Source: a virus
Length of the DNA stretch: 64,000 nucleotides
IMG/VR virus record: IMGVR_UViG_3300031521_000009
Reading direction: 5' to 3' (one strand)
In this document: positions 9,850 through 19,421 of the stretch, piece by piece
Numbering within the stretch: the first letter of the stretch is position 1
Layout of the letters: each line of letters opens with the position of its first letter
Translations under genes and position numbers: made by a program
Notes under the pieces: generated by a model
What the model was told of the DNA's origin: nothing
What the model saw: only the letters and a program-made list of their open reading frames with translations
The model's database searches: none

Positions 9850-10875
9850 TTATTTTTCTGACTGTTCAAGCAATCTCAATTCAGATTCGAAATCTAATGA
9901 TTGACCAGTCTTGCGAGCGCCTACACCAGAGAAATTTGGAGTAATGCTTAATGACTTAAGCAATGCTTCTTTTCCACCTTCGCGCCCCTTGGTAATTGTT
10001 TCGATTACCTTTTCTTCTCCAAACTTAGCAACCATTACAAACATTTTGTACAATGTCATATTGTCTGACAATATATCATCGATTAAACGTTCACCGGTTT
10101 CTTTGTTAGGAATAACAACTCTTTCAAATTCTGCTAAAAACTGATCATGGGTTTCTTGATTGACAGGAATACCATAAATAGAATCAACTTTTGAAAGACT
10201 TTCTTTAAGAGTATTCAATTCGCTTTTTGTTTCACTCAACATTTGATTGTACTGAGCTTCATAAGTAGCAGATTGATTTTCCTTATATTCTTTTACAAGA
10301 TTGTCATTGTAGTTCTTGATATTTTCATCAATTACCAAAGCGGCATCTTGCTTTTGTATTTTTGTCATTCGACCAATTTCTTGTAAGATATCATCATCAG
10401 TCAAACCACTAGGATTTTTTTCTGAATCATAAATACCATAACGAGTCTTTAAATCGAATGCTATTTTTTCATCAATAGAAAATTTGCTTGCATCAACATA
10501 CTGTTCTGATACATTTGTTACCAAATCATTAATCGTTAGATTAGGATTGGTAGCTGTCAAATCTTGTATCTGTTGTGCTAATGGATGAAGAACCGGTTTC
10601 TCTAAACCAAACTTCTGTGCAACGAATGGACGAAGTAAATCATTCTCTGTTTCTGCAGTAATCTTTTCAGGCATTTTAAAGCCTTCTAAATCTTTAAATG
10701 AATCCCACAAAGGGCTAGGAGTATAAACTTCCTCTACGATACTTTTAGATACTTCCTCAGCAGGCTTTTCAACTTTAATAGGTTCTTCAAATGTTCCAGC
10801 CGGTGCTTCTAATCTTTGAAGTTCTTCCGCAGAAAAGCCACCAGAGGTATCTTGTCCCTCGGCGGCTTCTTCCAT
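9850..10875 (-). CDS. Acidic scaffold-like protein (crAss gene 77-like)
   Basis: Acidic helical protein immediately upstream of MCP; likely start MEEAAEG at 10875. Confidence 0.65.
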   Translation of the reverse strand: MEEAAEGQDTSGGFSAEELQRLEAPAGTFEEPIKVEKPAEEVSKSIVEEVYTPSPLWDSFKDLEGFKMPEKITAETENDLLRPFVAQKFGLEKPVLHPLAQQIQDLTATNPNLTINDLVTNVSEQYVDASKFSIDEKIAFDLKTRYGIYDSEKNPSGLTDDDILQEIGRMTKIQKQDAALVIDENIKNYNDNLVKEYKENQSATYEAQYNQMLSETKSELNTLKESLSKVDSIYGIPVNQETHDQFLAEFERVVIPNKETGERLIDDILSDNMTLYKMFVMVAKFGEEKVIETITKGREGGKEALLKSLSITPNFSGVGARKTGQSLDFESELRLLEQSEK

Positions 10876-10891
10876 TTTAAAAAATAATGGC

Positions 10892-11311
10892 TTATACATT
10901 GATCAAATCATTAAAGTTAGTATCAACTCCTAAAAGATAAGTATCACTTACTACCAAAGCAAGAGCACTTTTTACAACAATTTGTTGTGCTGCATTAGCC
11001 ATTGATGGATTGTAATAAACAATATCGCCAGCTTTAAATTGACTACTTCCACTTTCCATAATAACAGCCAAATGTGGATGAACACCTTTGAACTCTTCTA
11101 ATGATGGTTTGTAATTTTCCATCTTAATCATACGTTCAGTATAAGGAACAGTAATCGGGCAAATAAGAACTTCACCACTATTGTTTATTGTTCTACACTT
11201 GAAACCAGTTTGACCTGGGTCACATACTTCAATAAGTGATGGATAATTTTTAATCCCATTGTTCTTAGATTGAATATCTTCAATCGCTTTTTCTAATCTG
11301 TCTTTAAACAT
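10892..11311 (-). CDS. GroES-like co-chaperonin-fold protein
   Basis: LAVIMESGSSQFKAGDIVYY...LVVSDTYLLGV resembles the GroES beta-barrel; between portal and scaffold. Confidence 0.55.
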   Translation of the reverse strand: MFKDRLEKAIEDIQSKNNGIKNYPSLIEVCDPGQTGFKCRTINNSGEVLICPITVPYTERMIKMENYKPSLEEFKGVHPHLAVIMESGSSQFKAGDIVYYNPSMANAAQQIVVKSALALVVSDTYLLGVDTNFNDLINV

Positions 11312-11340
11312 AAGTGTTTGATTTGATTAATAATATGTTG

Positions 11341-11348
11341 CAAATATA
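11341..11348 (-). promoter_or_regulatory. Bacteroidota sigma-A -7 element
   Basis: TATATTTG (TAnnTTTG) on the minus strand, 30 nt upstream of the ATG at 11311. Confidence 0.6.
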
Positions 11349-11363
11349 TGAATAATTTAATTA

Positions 11364-13886
11364 CTATGAGTCTTTTATATTTACTTTGTTCCTCATGTTT
11401 TTATCGAGATCAACATGCATCTTACGAAGTGATTGCATTTCTCCTGTTTTAATTTGTGCTTCTGACAAAATTGCATTCATCTTAATTTCAAACTGTTTCA
11501 TCATTTCTTGTACTCTATTTACTCTACCTTCTTCTTGTAAGTAAGCTGATTCAATATCATTCTGTGCCATGATTTTGAAGTTTTCAGTTTTCTCTTTAAC
11601 AACAAGTTCTCGTTCTTTGAACTCTGATTCCCATTCATAACGTTTTTCATCAAGTTGCAAACGAGCTTTTTCTATTTCCCTTGAAGCTAAATCAAATTCA
11701 TCTTTTGTTTTTAAAAGCTGCATATCAATCTGAGCTTGCAAGTTCATTGTTTTTTGCTTAGCTTCTTCTTTTGCTGTTTCAGTAGCTGCTGCATTCTGTT
11801 GTCTGATTGCTTCGGCTTCTTTAGACATTTGAATAAGTTTGTTTTCCATCTCAGTCAAATCATCAATCTTAAACATACTTACTACAGAAGTAAATGGAAG
11901 TTCGGCCCGTCCCCATGATTGCATTGCTGCAGTACGTAAATCTTCAAGTCTTGATTCTTCTTTTACATTATTAGAAGAGTATATACGAAAATCAGAACCA
12001 TTTAATGTTCCCTTTGGAATTTGAACTAAAACTTCTTCTAAGTCTTTATCAAGATAATTTAGAACTTTACCATCTTTCCATGAATAACGTATTTTTAAGT
12101 TCAAGAATAATTCAATAGCCTTATCAAAGACTACATCATTTTCTGAGAACTGTATTTCAGTAATAAGAGAAGATTGTTCCCTAGACATGTTTACATTACT
12201 TACTGGATCAGAAGATACAAATTGACCAAGTGAAGCATCAGTAATACCAATGAGTTTACCTATTAATGAATCTATGCCATTAAGAACATTATCAATGAAA
12301 GTAATACTTTGAGTAATGGTATCATCATAGTTTTGGAATTGATTATAAGAAGCCGGTGTTTTACGACCTTTCTTCATTGTTTCAATCCACATGGTTCCAA
12401 GCTTACGATAGTACATCCATTTACCCGAAGTCATGTTATCAGGTTTTTGGCTTTTATCCATTATCATACCTTTTACTCCGGATAAGGCAATTGTAAGTTC
12501 TTTCTTATAATTTACAATATCATAAAGTTCTATCAGTTCTCGTACTCTCCATATAAGAGAATATGGTTTTTCAGACGCTGTGTTGAATGATCTGGCAACA
12601 AGTGGCAGTGTAGGAAGTCCAGGCATATCAAGTGGTCTAAAAACGTTCTCTTGTTTACCCATATTGACATGAATAACGTTTCCAATAACAACAACATGAT
12701 ACATATCATAAATGACAGCGCGATTACGTATTTCATCTTTTCTTAGTTTAGCATCTTTTGTTGTGAGATGTACAAAGTATTCTTCCGGACGATATTTGTT
12801 TGGTGTTTTTTTCCAAAATATTTCGCGAGGTACCAAAAACCAAATACGTGATACTTCAATTGCATTATGTTGATCATTGAAGTTTTCACTATTATCAAAG
12901 TAAACACTATTACCAATATAGTTTTTTAAAGCAGTAGCATCACCAAGACTGTATGCTTGAATAATTAGTTCCTCAGATTTTGTCAATTCAAATTCAGAGA
13001 ATACTTGACTTTTATTCATATACTCTTTTGTAAAACACCACTCACCATTTTGTGTCCAACGGTTATTTCCACCTTTAGAATAAGCTGCAGTATTAGCATC
13101 AACTTGTTTGAAAACTACATTCTTTGTTCTAGGATTGTAGTAAGTAATATAAGTTGGTTTACCGGTTACAATTTTTTCACGAAGTCCTACATTCCAATGT
13201 TGTTTTAAATCTTCTGTCTGAATAGCTGATTTTAATGCAGCATTAGCAACTTGTTGCATTATTTCAACATCAGTATTTAGCAAGAAATAATCAATATGTT
13301 TTTGCATTTCATTATTATCCAATGAAACACGAGAAAGATTTCTGATAATTTTCTGCATCTCCAATTGGATCATAGGCATATTCTTTTTCAGTTCTTCCAT
13401 TTGAACTTGTGCTTGTTCGTTGTTCGGTTGAACTTCTAATTGCTTTTGCATATCACTCATTCTATCTTGAACTTGTTGAATCTGCTGTTGAACAATAGCA
13501 TCACGTTCTTTATACATTTCCAAGCGAGCATTTAGACTAGCTTTAATGCGATTTTCATACTTCAATTGAAGTGTACGTTCATCCATAGCAATTGCTTTGC
13601 TTTTGAATGACCTACGAGCTTGTTTAGACTCTAAGATATTAAGTTTGCTTCTCACAATCTCATTACCTATATTTCTAAACTTGGCCGGATAAGTAAAACC
13701 CTCAACCTTTGTTAAGTATTCAAACTTTGTATTATCTACAATACCATGGTAAATATTCCAACATTTCCTGTCTTTTACATTATCTTCATGAAAATCAGAA
13801 GCACCGGATGATAAAATATATTTGGCAACTTCTTTGAAATAGTTGTCATCTTTATTCTCGTTATTGATTAATTTTTCTGGAAACAT
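11364..13886 (-). CDS. Portal protein
   Basis: About 840 aa from MFPEKLIN; GFTYPAKFRN, KPYSL, YNQFQNYDDT and LIGITDASLGQ motifs plus C-terminal coiled coil; directly downstream of TerL. Confidence 0.9.
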   Translation of the reverse strand: MFPEKLINNENKDDNYFKEVAKYILSSGASDFHEDNVKDRKCWNIYHGIVDNTKFEYLTKVEGFTYPAKFRNIGNEIVRSKLNILESKQARRSFKSKAIAMDERTLQLKYENRIKASLNARLEMYKERDAIVQQQIQQVQDRMSDMQKQLEVQPNNEQAQVQMEELKKNMPMIQLEMQKIIRNLSRVSLDNNEMQKHIDYFLLNTDVEIMQQVANAALKSAIQTEDLKQHWNVGLREKIVTGKPTYITYYNPRTKNVVFKQVDANTAAYSKGGNNRWTQNGEWCFTKEYMNKSQVFSEFELTKSEELIIQAYSLGDATALKNYIGNSVYFDNSENFNDQHNAIEVSRIWFLVPREIFWKKTPNKYRPEEYFVHLTTKDAKLRKDEIRNRAVIYDMYHVVVIGNVIHVNMGKQENVFRPLDMPGLPTLPLVARSFNTASEKPYSLIWRVRELIELYDIVNYKKELTIALSGVKGMIMDKSQKPDNMTSGKWMYYRKLGTMWIETMKKGRKTPASYNQFQNYDDTITQSITFIDNVLNGIDSLIGKLIGITDASLGQFVSSDPVSNVNMSREQSSLITEIQFSENDVVFDKAIELFLNLKIRYSWKDGKVLNYLDKDLEEVLVQIPKGTLNGSDFRIYSSNNVKEESRLEDLRTAAMQSWGRAELPFTSVVSMFKIDDLTEMENKLIQMSKEAEAIRQQNAAATETAKEEAKQKTMNLQAQIDMQLLKTKDEFDLASREIEKARLQLDEKRYEWESEFKERELVVKEKTENFKIMAQNDIESAYLQEEGRVNRVQEMMKQFEIKMNAILSEAQIKTGEMQSLRKMHVDLDKNMRNKVNIKDS

Positions 13887-13896
13887 AATATTGATT

Positions 13897-15933
13897 TTAA
13901 GAAGCGAATTTAATATTTTGATTATTCTCAGATACATATCCACCATATGTGTCCTCTTCTAGTTCTTCTCCTTCTGAATAGGCTGCGAACTCTTGTGTTT
14001 CTAATGCACTGGCAACATTTAATGCACTGGCAATTGTAATATCACAATTATATTTTGGTGACTTTTTGAATTTGGCAAAAGCTTCAATCTGTCGTATATC
14101 AAACATCTTATCAATAATGGCAAAATCATCTTGCTTCATCTTATCTCTCCAAATATTTAAAGCATGTGGTATAAATGATTGTTCTACTCCATAACGTTGT
14201 GCAGCCTTACCATCTTGTACATATTGACTAATTACCATTTGTGGGCGTTCTTGTAATAGAAACTCACAACCGGCCCGCTTATAATAATCAAAAATCAATA
14301 CATTGGAATATTCAATCAAATTCTCACACTCACCATAGAGATAACAAAGCTTTATTGAATCTTCATAGAACTGATAATTTCCACCTTCATCTTCTGTTGG
14401 TCGTTCTGTCACCCGGGCAACCCAATGATCAAATGTATGATGTGAATCAATAGCTCCTTTCCAAATAGAACAACTACCCAATGAGAATGATGTTTCACTT
14501 TCTACTTTGTCATAGCTGTCCGTAGCGGCACTATAAAGATTTTTCCATACTTTCCCATAGCCATCAACTTCCGGTGCCTGTATGATAAGGAAACGACCTA
14601 ATTCAGATGGTACAAGTTCTACTCCTTTACCCCAATCAAATGGATCAATCCAATTGATTTCTGCATTGTAAGCAATTTGCTGTTCACGATGGGTAAGAAG
14701 ATATCGTTTTCTATCATTCAATTTTTGATTAGCCGTTTCTCCAAGAAAACCACCAGTAGCCACCATAAACATTTGTGATAAATAGAGTGGTTTAGCAGTA
14801 AGAGCAATGTAACGCTCAGAAGAATTTTTACTCGATAATTCTTTTTGAATCGAAACAATACTTTCCTCTATCAAACTATTACCATCTTCATCAATAATTT
14901 CAAACTCATAAGCTGGAACAAAGGCCGCTACCTTACCAGTCGAAGAGATTTCATCTTCTTCCCATATATTATCAAACTCGAGTAAGTCAAACTTAGCCGG
15001 ATTGTATGCCATTTCCTCTACATCAGCAACAGACTCGTCCATATCACCACCAGTACCAATATACATTTGATAACCGGTTTTGTCACCCTCTGCGAGTAGA
15101 GATGGTTTGACAAACTCTGCAGTTTGCTTAAGCGTGTCTTTTTTCCACTTTCCAATTTCTTCATATAATATCCAAAAAGGTGTAAGTCCTGAAACAGCTT
15201 GCGTATTATCTTTTGCAGTAATACAGTAGACTTCACTACCAAAACCGAGCATAAGCGTTCTTTTCTCTCCGGTTTCTTCATTTATTACTTCTTCACGATA
15301 TGAAGATTTAATATAGTCATTTCTATTTGGTGACCTACGTTTGTAGAACTCACTATCTCCTAGCCAATCCAAACCACGAACTACATTACTCATGGTATGC
15401 TCAGCATAGTTTCCTTGACCGGCAACAATTACATTTTGTGATCCTGGAATAAAAATGAAGTTGTAACCAATATTACTTGCAGCATATTCAGAGAATCCTT
15501 TCTGTCTTGACTTAGGAAATAACAAATCTTTTGCATTTAAGAACATAAGTTCTATACACATGAATTTGAAATAATCTAATGATGTAAATTTAGGATGGCG
15601 TTTATCCTTTCTCTTTACGTTATCAAGCTTAGCTAAGATTACCCAAAAATTTAAATAGAAATACATTCGCCCGGGAATCCAAATATCATATCCACGCTTT
15701 GTAGCATTTGGAACAATATATCCTTTGACACAACGACGATATTGTTCATGCCACCACGCTTGGTAGTCTGGACTATCTTTATTGGGTTGCATTTCATTCT
15801 TGTTATAGATAACAGGACTGAAACGTTTAGTATCTTTGAAATCTCTTGTTAGACACATGTTATCAATGTCCGGAACAAGTGTTCTATCCATTGCTAAAAT
15901 ATCATCTAAATATGTAAGCTTAATATCAGCCAT
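13897..15933 (-). CDS. terL: Terminase large subunit
   Basis: PGRMYFYLNF, Walker A-like KSRQKGFS, Walker B ILYEEIGK, GTGG and nuclease ATDSYD motifs. Confidence 0.95.
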   Translation of the reverse strand: MADIKLTYLDDILAMDRTLVPDIDNMCLTRDFKDTKRFSPVIYNKNEMQPNKDSPDYQAWWHEQYRRCVKGYIVPNATKRGYDIWIPGRMYFYLNFWVILAKLDNVKRKDKRHPKFTSLDYFKFMCIELMFLNAKDLLFPKSRQKGFSEYAASNIGYNFIFIPGSQNVIVAGQGNYAEHTMSNVVRGLDWLGDSEFYKRRSPNRNDYIKSSYREEVINEETGEKRTLMLGFGSEVYCITAKDNTQAVSGLTPFWILYEEIGKWKKDTLKQTAEFVKPSLLAEGDKTGYQMYIGTGGDMDESVADVEEMAYNPAKFDLLEFDNIWEEDEISSTGKVAAFVPAYEFEIIDEDGNSLIEESIVSIQKELSSKNSSERYIALTAKPLYLSQMFMVATGGFLGETANQKLNDRKRYLLTHREQQIAYNAEINWIDPFDWGKGVELVPSELGRFLIIQAPEVDGYGKVWKNLYSAATDSYDKVESETSFSLGSCSIWKGAIDSHHTFDHWVARVTERPTEDEGGNYQFYEDSIKLCYLYGECENLIEYSNVLIFDYYKRAGCEFLLQERPQMVISQYVQDGKAAQRYGVEQSFIPHALNIWRDKMKQDDFAIIDKMFDIRQIEAFAKFKKSPKYNCDITIASALNVASALETQEFAAYSEGEELEEDTYGGYVSENNQNIKFAS

Positions 15934-15936
15934 AAA

Positions 15937-16578
15937 TTATTTTGCTATAAAATATCCACCTATTGCACCGGCGCCTAAATAAAACCAAATATCATTTTTA
16001 CTCCACCATCCCGTTGAACGTTTTAATGCTCCAATCAAATCTTTTTTTTCTTTTTGAAGAACAAGATTTTCATTTTTGGATTGTTCTGTTTCTTCTACTT
16101 GTAGAAAGTATTTTTTAGTTACATCAGTCAGACTTAATTCGGTACTTGCTAATTTTTTCTCAGTACTTTTTATGATGGTATCTTTCTGCTGCAGAGAAAT
16201 ATTTTTTAGTCCTACAAGACTGTCACAATTTGCAAGAGTATGCTTAGTAGTATCGGTATTATAATCATTCTCAAACTTACTTATCTTATTTGTAAGAACT
16301 GAATTTTTGTTCTTATAAGTAGTAATCGTTTTAGTTGATTCTAAGCGATCTTTAGCCCTCAAAGTATTCACACTATCGATAGAGTCTTTTAATTGCTTAC
16401 GATAAGCGCTAGTTGCTGTATTATACCCATTACGATATGCAGATGATAGTTCTTGATTTACAATCAAGTTAGATGCTTGTTTTGATTGACATGATTTAAA
16501 CCAACCGCCAATAAACAACAAAAGCGCGATAGAAATTATCGCACTTATTATCCAGTTTTTCTTTATATATTTTATCAT
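15937..16578 (-). CDS. Putative spanin-like lysis protein
   Basis: N-terminal TM ending WFKSC, long coiled coil, C-terminal hydrophobic GAGAIGG segment; in the lysis cassette. Confidence 0.5.
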   Translation of the reverse strand: MIKYIKKNWIISAIISIALLLFIGGWFKSCQSKQASNLIVNQELSSAYRNGYNTATSAYRKQLKDSIDSVNTLRAKDRLESTKTITTYKNKNSVLTNKISKFENDYNTDTTKHTLANCDSLVGLKNISLQQKDTIIKSTEKKLASTELSLTDVTKKYFLQVEETEQSKNENLVLQKEKKDLIGALKRSTGWWSKNDIWFYLGAGAIGGYFIAK

Positions 16579-16796
16579 TGTTCTCGCGTCCCTCCTGTTA
16601 CGTCACTATCTTTTGTAAGAAAAGCAATTATTGCTGCAAGGAATATACTAATAGGAGAAAGGACCGATGCAACATCAAGAAGTGTGCATTTACCGGTATA
16701 AACAAGAAATAAACAAATGAATAAAACAATTATTCCAATAACACCCATTAAAGATGTTTTCCATGATTTGTGCTTATAAGAAGTACGTGGTTTCAT
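16575..16796 (-). CDS. Putative holin (2 TM)
   Basis: SWKTSLMG-TM-TM-KDSDVTGG pattern; next to the endolysin; likely start at 16796. Confidence 0.65.
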   Translation of the reverse strand: MKPRTSYKHKSWKTSLMGVIGIIVLFICLFLVYTGKCTLLDVASVLSPISIFLAAIIAFLTKDSDVTGGTREQ

Positions 16797-16825
16797 AATT
16801 ATTAATTTTATGTGTAAATACAACA

Positions 16826-16853
16826 TTAGGGAATGAACTTAATCACTCCCTAA
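16826..16853 (-). terminator. Hairpin, possible terminator after the small basic peptide gene
   Basis: ATTAGGGA-ATGAACTTAATCAC-TCCCTAAT inverted repeat. Confidence 0.45.
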
Positions 16854-16866
16854 TAGATAATAAATA

Positions 16867-16938
16867 TCAACAAGTTTTCTTGTTTGACATTGGTTTCTTC
16901 TTTCCAGAAGAAGCAGGTTTTTTCTTTGTACCAGCCAT
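16867..16938 (-). CDS. 23-aa Lys-rich peptide MAGTKKKPASSGKKKPMSNKKTC
   Basis: Read by hand; A-rich leader AAAACTAAACATT-ATG; fills the gap between endolysin and holin. Confidence 0.55.
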   Translation of the reverse strand: MAGTKKKPASSGKKKPMSNKKTC

Positions 16939-16962
16939 AATGTTTAGTTTTAAAAATGAATA

Positions 16963-17451
16963 CTACCGACCAAAGTAAAGTTTTACATCAAGTTTTCTAC
17001 GCTTAATCAAACCATTGGAAGGTTTACCTTTCGAATTAATCCATTTATTAAACTCATGTTCAATATTTGGATCGTTGGAATTTGCAAGAACAAGTTTTAA
17101 AAGACGACTGTCGCCAAGTCCTTCTGGTGTAGAATCAATATCAATATCGCTACCAACATTGTAAGCAAAATCTACAAGTGCATCAAATTTACCTTGATTT
17201 ACTTCAACTGGACCAAGTAAGTAAATTACATCTTTCTCAAATTGTCTTACATCATATTTTAAAAGTTCGTCAGCTTTACTTTGTGTAATAGCAGGATCTT
17301 TCAGACTTACACGAACACCATTTGAATATCGAGTACTACCCCAACCAATAGTAGGAATACCAGATTGACATAAATAAGGTTTAAGTTCACACCCTTCACA
17401 TGATTTTAATACTGCATATCCTTTTTCTGAAAATTTTAAATTTGTATTCAT
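16963..17451 (-). CDS. Endolysin, GH24 lysozyme
   Basis: EGCELKPYLCQSGIPTIGWGST catalytic region, FDALVDFAYNVG, GLIKRR. Confidence 0.92.
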   Translation of the reverse strand: MNTNLKFSEKGYAVLKSCEGCELKPYLCQSGIPTIGWGSTRYSNGVRVSLKDPAITQSKADELLKYDVRQFEKDVIYLLGPVEVNQGKFDALVDFAYNVGSDIDIDSTPEGLGDSRLLKLVLANSNDPNIEHEFNKWINSKGKPSNGLIKRRKLDVKLYFGR

Positions 17452-17464
17452 AATATGTATTTAT

Positions 17465-17836
17465 TTAATCCGATTTATTTTCAATATCTAAAGCACGCAT
17501 TTTAATTGCTACTGGACAATTATCTGTATTGTCTTTATTATGTTTGCAACTTTTATTAGAACTTACAATCATTCTATATGCTGAGATAAGTCTTTGTGAA
17601 CGATTATCTTTTTTTAGAAGTTTTTCAACATCTTGTTCAAGAGTTTCAATTTTCTTCTCAGCTTCTAATTTCCATTTAAGAAGAAGATTTAGTGAAGTCT
17701 CCCATGATTGATTTTCTTTGATAATTGCATTACTTTTTCGAATGCTAATAGAGGATGGAGAAAAATATGAAACAATACTCATTGCTCCACCAGCAGCTCC
17801 AATAGCTCCACCTATTAATATTAAAATATTATCCAT
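17465..17836 (-). CDS. Single-TM coiled-coil protein (holin/antiholin-like)
   Basis: N-terminal hydrophobic GGAIGAAGG helix, coiled coil, C-x8-CP tail; upstream of the endolysin. Confidence 0.5.
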   Translation of the reverse strand: MDNILILIGGAIGAAGGAMSIVSYFSPSSISIRKSNAIIKENQSWETSLNLLLKWKLEAEKKIETLEQDVEKLLKKDNRSQRLISAYRMIVSSNKSCKHNKDNTDNCPVAIKMRALDIENKSD

Positions 17837-18000
17837 CGTTTTCTTTTTATATAAGTTTCGTCAATTTTTTTTGATTCCTCTAGTAGTCGTATTAAATGAT
17901 CTATTTCATTAGCAGTCATATTATCACAAACTCCATTATCTATTGCTTTTATAACTCTTTTGAAGAGTCGTATGATTGTTTTTTTTAGCGTAGCATCCAT
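17821..18000 (-). CDS. 59-aa ORF paralogous to the N-terminal domain of the HTH protein at 29839
   Basis: Read by hand: MDATLKKTIIRLFKRVIKAIDNGVCDNMTANEIDHLIRLLEESKKIDETYIKRKRWIIF; overlaps both neighbours; below the ORF-track cutoff. Confidence 0.6.
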   Translation of the reverse strand: MDATLKKTIIRLFKRVIKAIDNGVCDNMTANEIDHLIRLLEESKKIDETYIKRKRWIIF

Positions 18001-18361
18001 AGTAAAAATATAGAAATATTGATAAACTCAAAGATAATAATAAAATAGCACTCAAACAGTAAAATATATATGGCAATTTTATATTAACCTTATATAAATC
18101 TACTAAGACTAAAATTAAAATATCCGTGTAGATTAATATTCTATGCCAGGAACAAAATCTAAATGTATAAGATAATGCTAACATACCTATATGAAATAAA
18201 TAACAATGACAAATTATAGTCGTATGTGAAGTATATGCTGTATAATCAATAAATCCAAAAGCTTCCCCAGTCATACCTATAGCTAAATAAACTGTAAGTA
18301 TAACTGGGAATAACTTTACGAAGTAAAGAGATACATATCTTGATATATGTTCAAGATTCAT
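17936..18361 (-). CDS. 4-TM membrane protein with FRFCSWHR motif
   Basis: Four hydrophobic segments with clustered Cys/His residues (CHCYLFH, CSWHR). Confidence 0.7.
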   Translation of the reverse strand: MNLEHISRYVSLYFVKLFPVILTVYLAIGMTGEAFGFIDYTAYTSHTTIICHCYLFHIGMLALSYTFRFCSWHRILIYTDILILVLVDLYKVNIKLPYIFYCLSAILLLSLSLSIFLYFYYGCYAKKNNHTTLQKSYKSNR

Positions 18362-18366
18362 AATTC

Positions 18367-18876
18367 TTATTTGCTAGGTGGGAATGTTGCACCACCTGAG
18401 TCCGGGCTTTTTTTATCATCAGCTTGATCAGAACTTTCTTTTTTAATTTTCATTTGTTTCCAATTATTTGGTTGTGAAAAAAATTTAAGAGTAATTAAAG
18501 AATTCATAGGTATTCCTTTTGTAGAACGAACTGTTGATTCTTTAATCTCTACTAATGAAATTTTACGTTCAATTTCAAAATCTTTTTGAAGTTTTGCTTG
18601 AAGAATTTTATATTCTTTTTGTTCATCTAATGAAAGTAATAATATACTATCATCATGTTGAGCATTTACTTCTTTCCCTTTTTCTTGAATAATATTTTCT
18701 AATTCAATTAAACGTGGATTAATTGTTTTTTGAATTTTATTATTTTCTTTTTCAAGAATTTCAAAGTTATCTAAGATAAGACAATTTAATTCAGTATTAT
18801 CAATACCTTTAGCAGAAAAAATTGTCATTAAATTACTAATCTCAAAAAACTTTACTCTAATTTCTCCAATTTTCAT
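18367..18876 (-). CDS. Hypothetical helical protein with C-terminal peptide-like extension
   Basis: 169 aa; the last 28 aa (MKIKKESSDQADDKKSPDSGGATFPPSK) begin at an internal ATG at 18453. Confidence 0.6.
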   Translation of the reverse strand: MKIGEIRVKFFEISNLMTIFSAKGIDNTELNCLILDNFEILEKENNKIQKTINPRLIELENIIQEKGKEVNAQHDDSILLLSLDEQKEYKILQAKLQKDFEIERKISLVEIKESTVRSTKGIPMNSLITLKFFSQPNNWKQMKIKKESSDQADDKKSPDSGGATFPPSK

Positions 18877-18923
18877 GATGGTTTTTTTTTATTTATTGAT
18901 TTATATATAAGAAATTTTTATTA

Positions 18924-19421
18924 TTAAGTTGGTGCAGATACTAAATCAGTACAATAATATGTTACTCCATCTACAACAATATATGTTCTAAAATAATATA
19001 TTTTATTTGCTATTAAAGGAGTACTGGTATTAATAGTAAGTGTTTGATATGTTACACTTATATCACTATTTGTACGTGTCCCTATAATATAATCATTATA
19101 AGAACGTGTAGGATTAGGAGCTGAATTCCAACAAATACCATACACTATAGAGCTACTAACTGGTGCTGTAAAAGTCATCCAATAAGCAATAAAAGTAGAT
19201 AAGTTAGTAACTGTTGCATTAGAAATACTTGTATTTATTGTAACAGTTATATGTTTATAGTTTCTAAAATTATATAAACTATTCTTAGAACCAACATATA
19301 GAGAATCAAATGTACCAGTAGCTGCTGTAAACAATTCAGTCAAACTTCTATCACTTGAATCTCCATATATTTCAGTAACAACATCTCTTTGATTAAATGT
19401 AGTTATATCAGGAACAGCCAT
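18924..19421 (-). CDS. Tail fibre-associated protein
   Basis: Overlaps the tail fibre stop; SLYNFRNY N-terminal motif and Fn3-like YGICW...YYFRTY C-terminus. Confidence 0.55.
   Translation of the reverse strand: MAVPDITTFNQRDVVTEIYGDSSDRSLTELFTAATGTFDSLYVGSKNSLYNFRNYKHITVTINTSISNATVTNLSTFIAYWMTFTAPVSSSIVYGICWNSAPNPTRSYNDYIIGTRTNSDISVTYQTLTINTSTPLIANKIYYFRTYIVVDGVTYYCTDLVSAPT

Noticed and set aside
13897-15933. Intein or intron in TerL, DnaB or the helicase
   Set aside because: Lengths are normal and there are no intein C1/HN or LAGLIDADG motifs or interrupted frames
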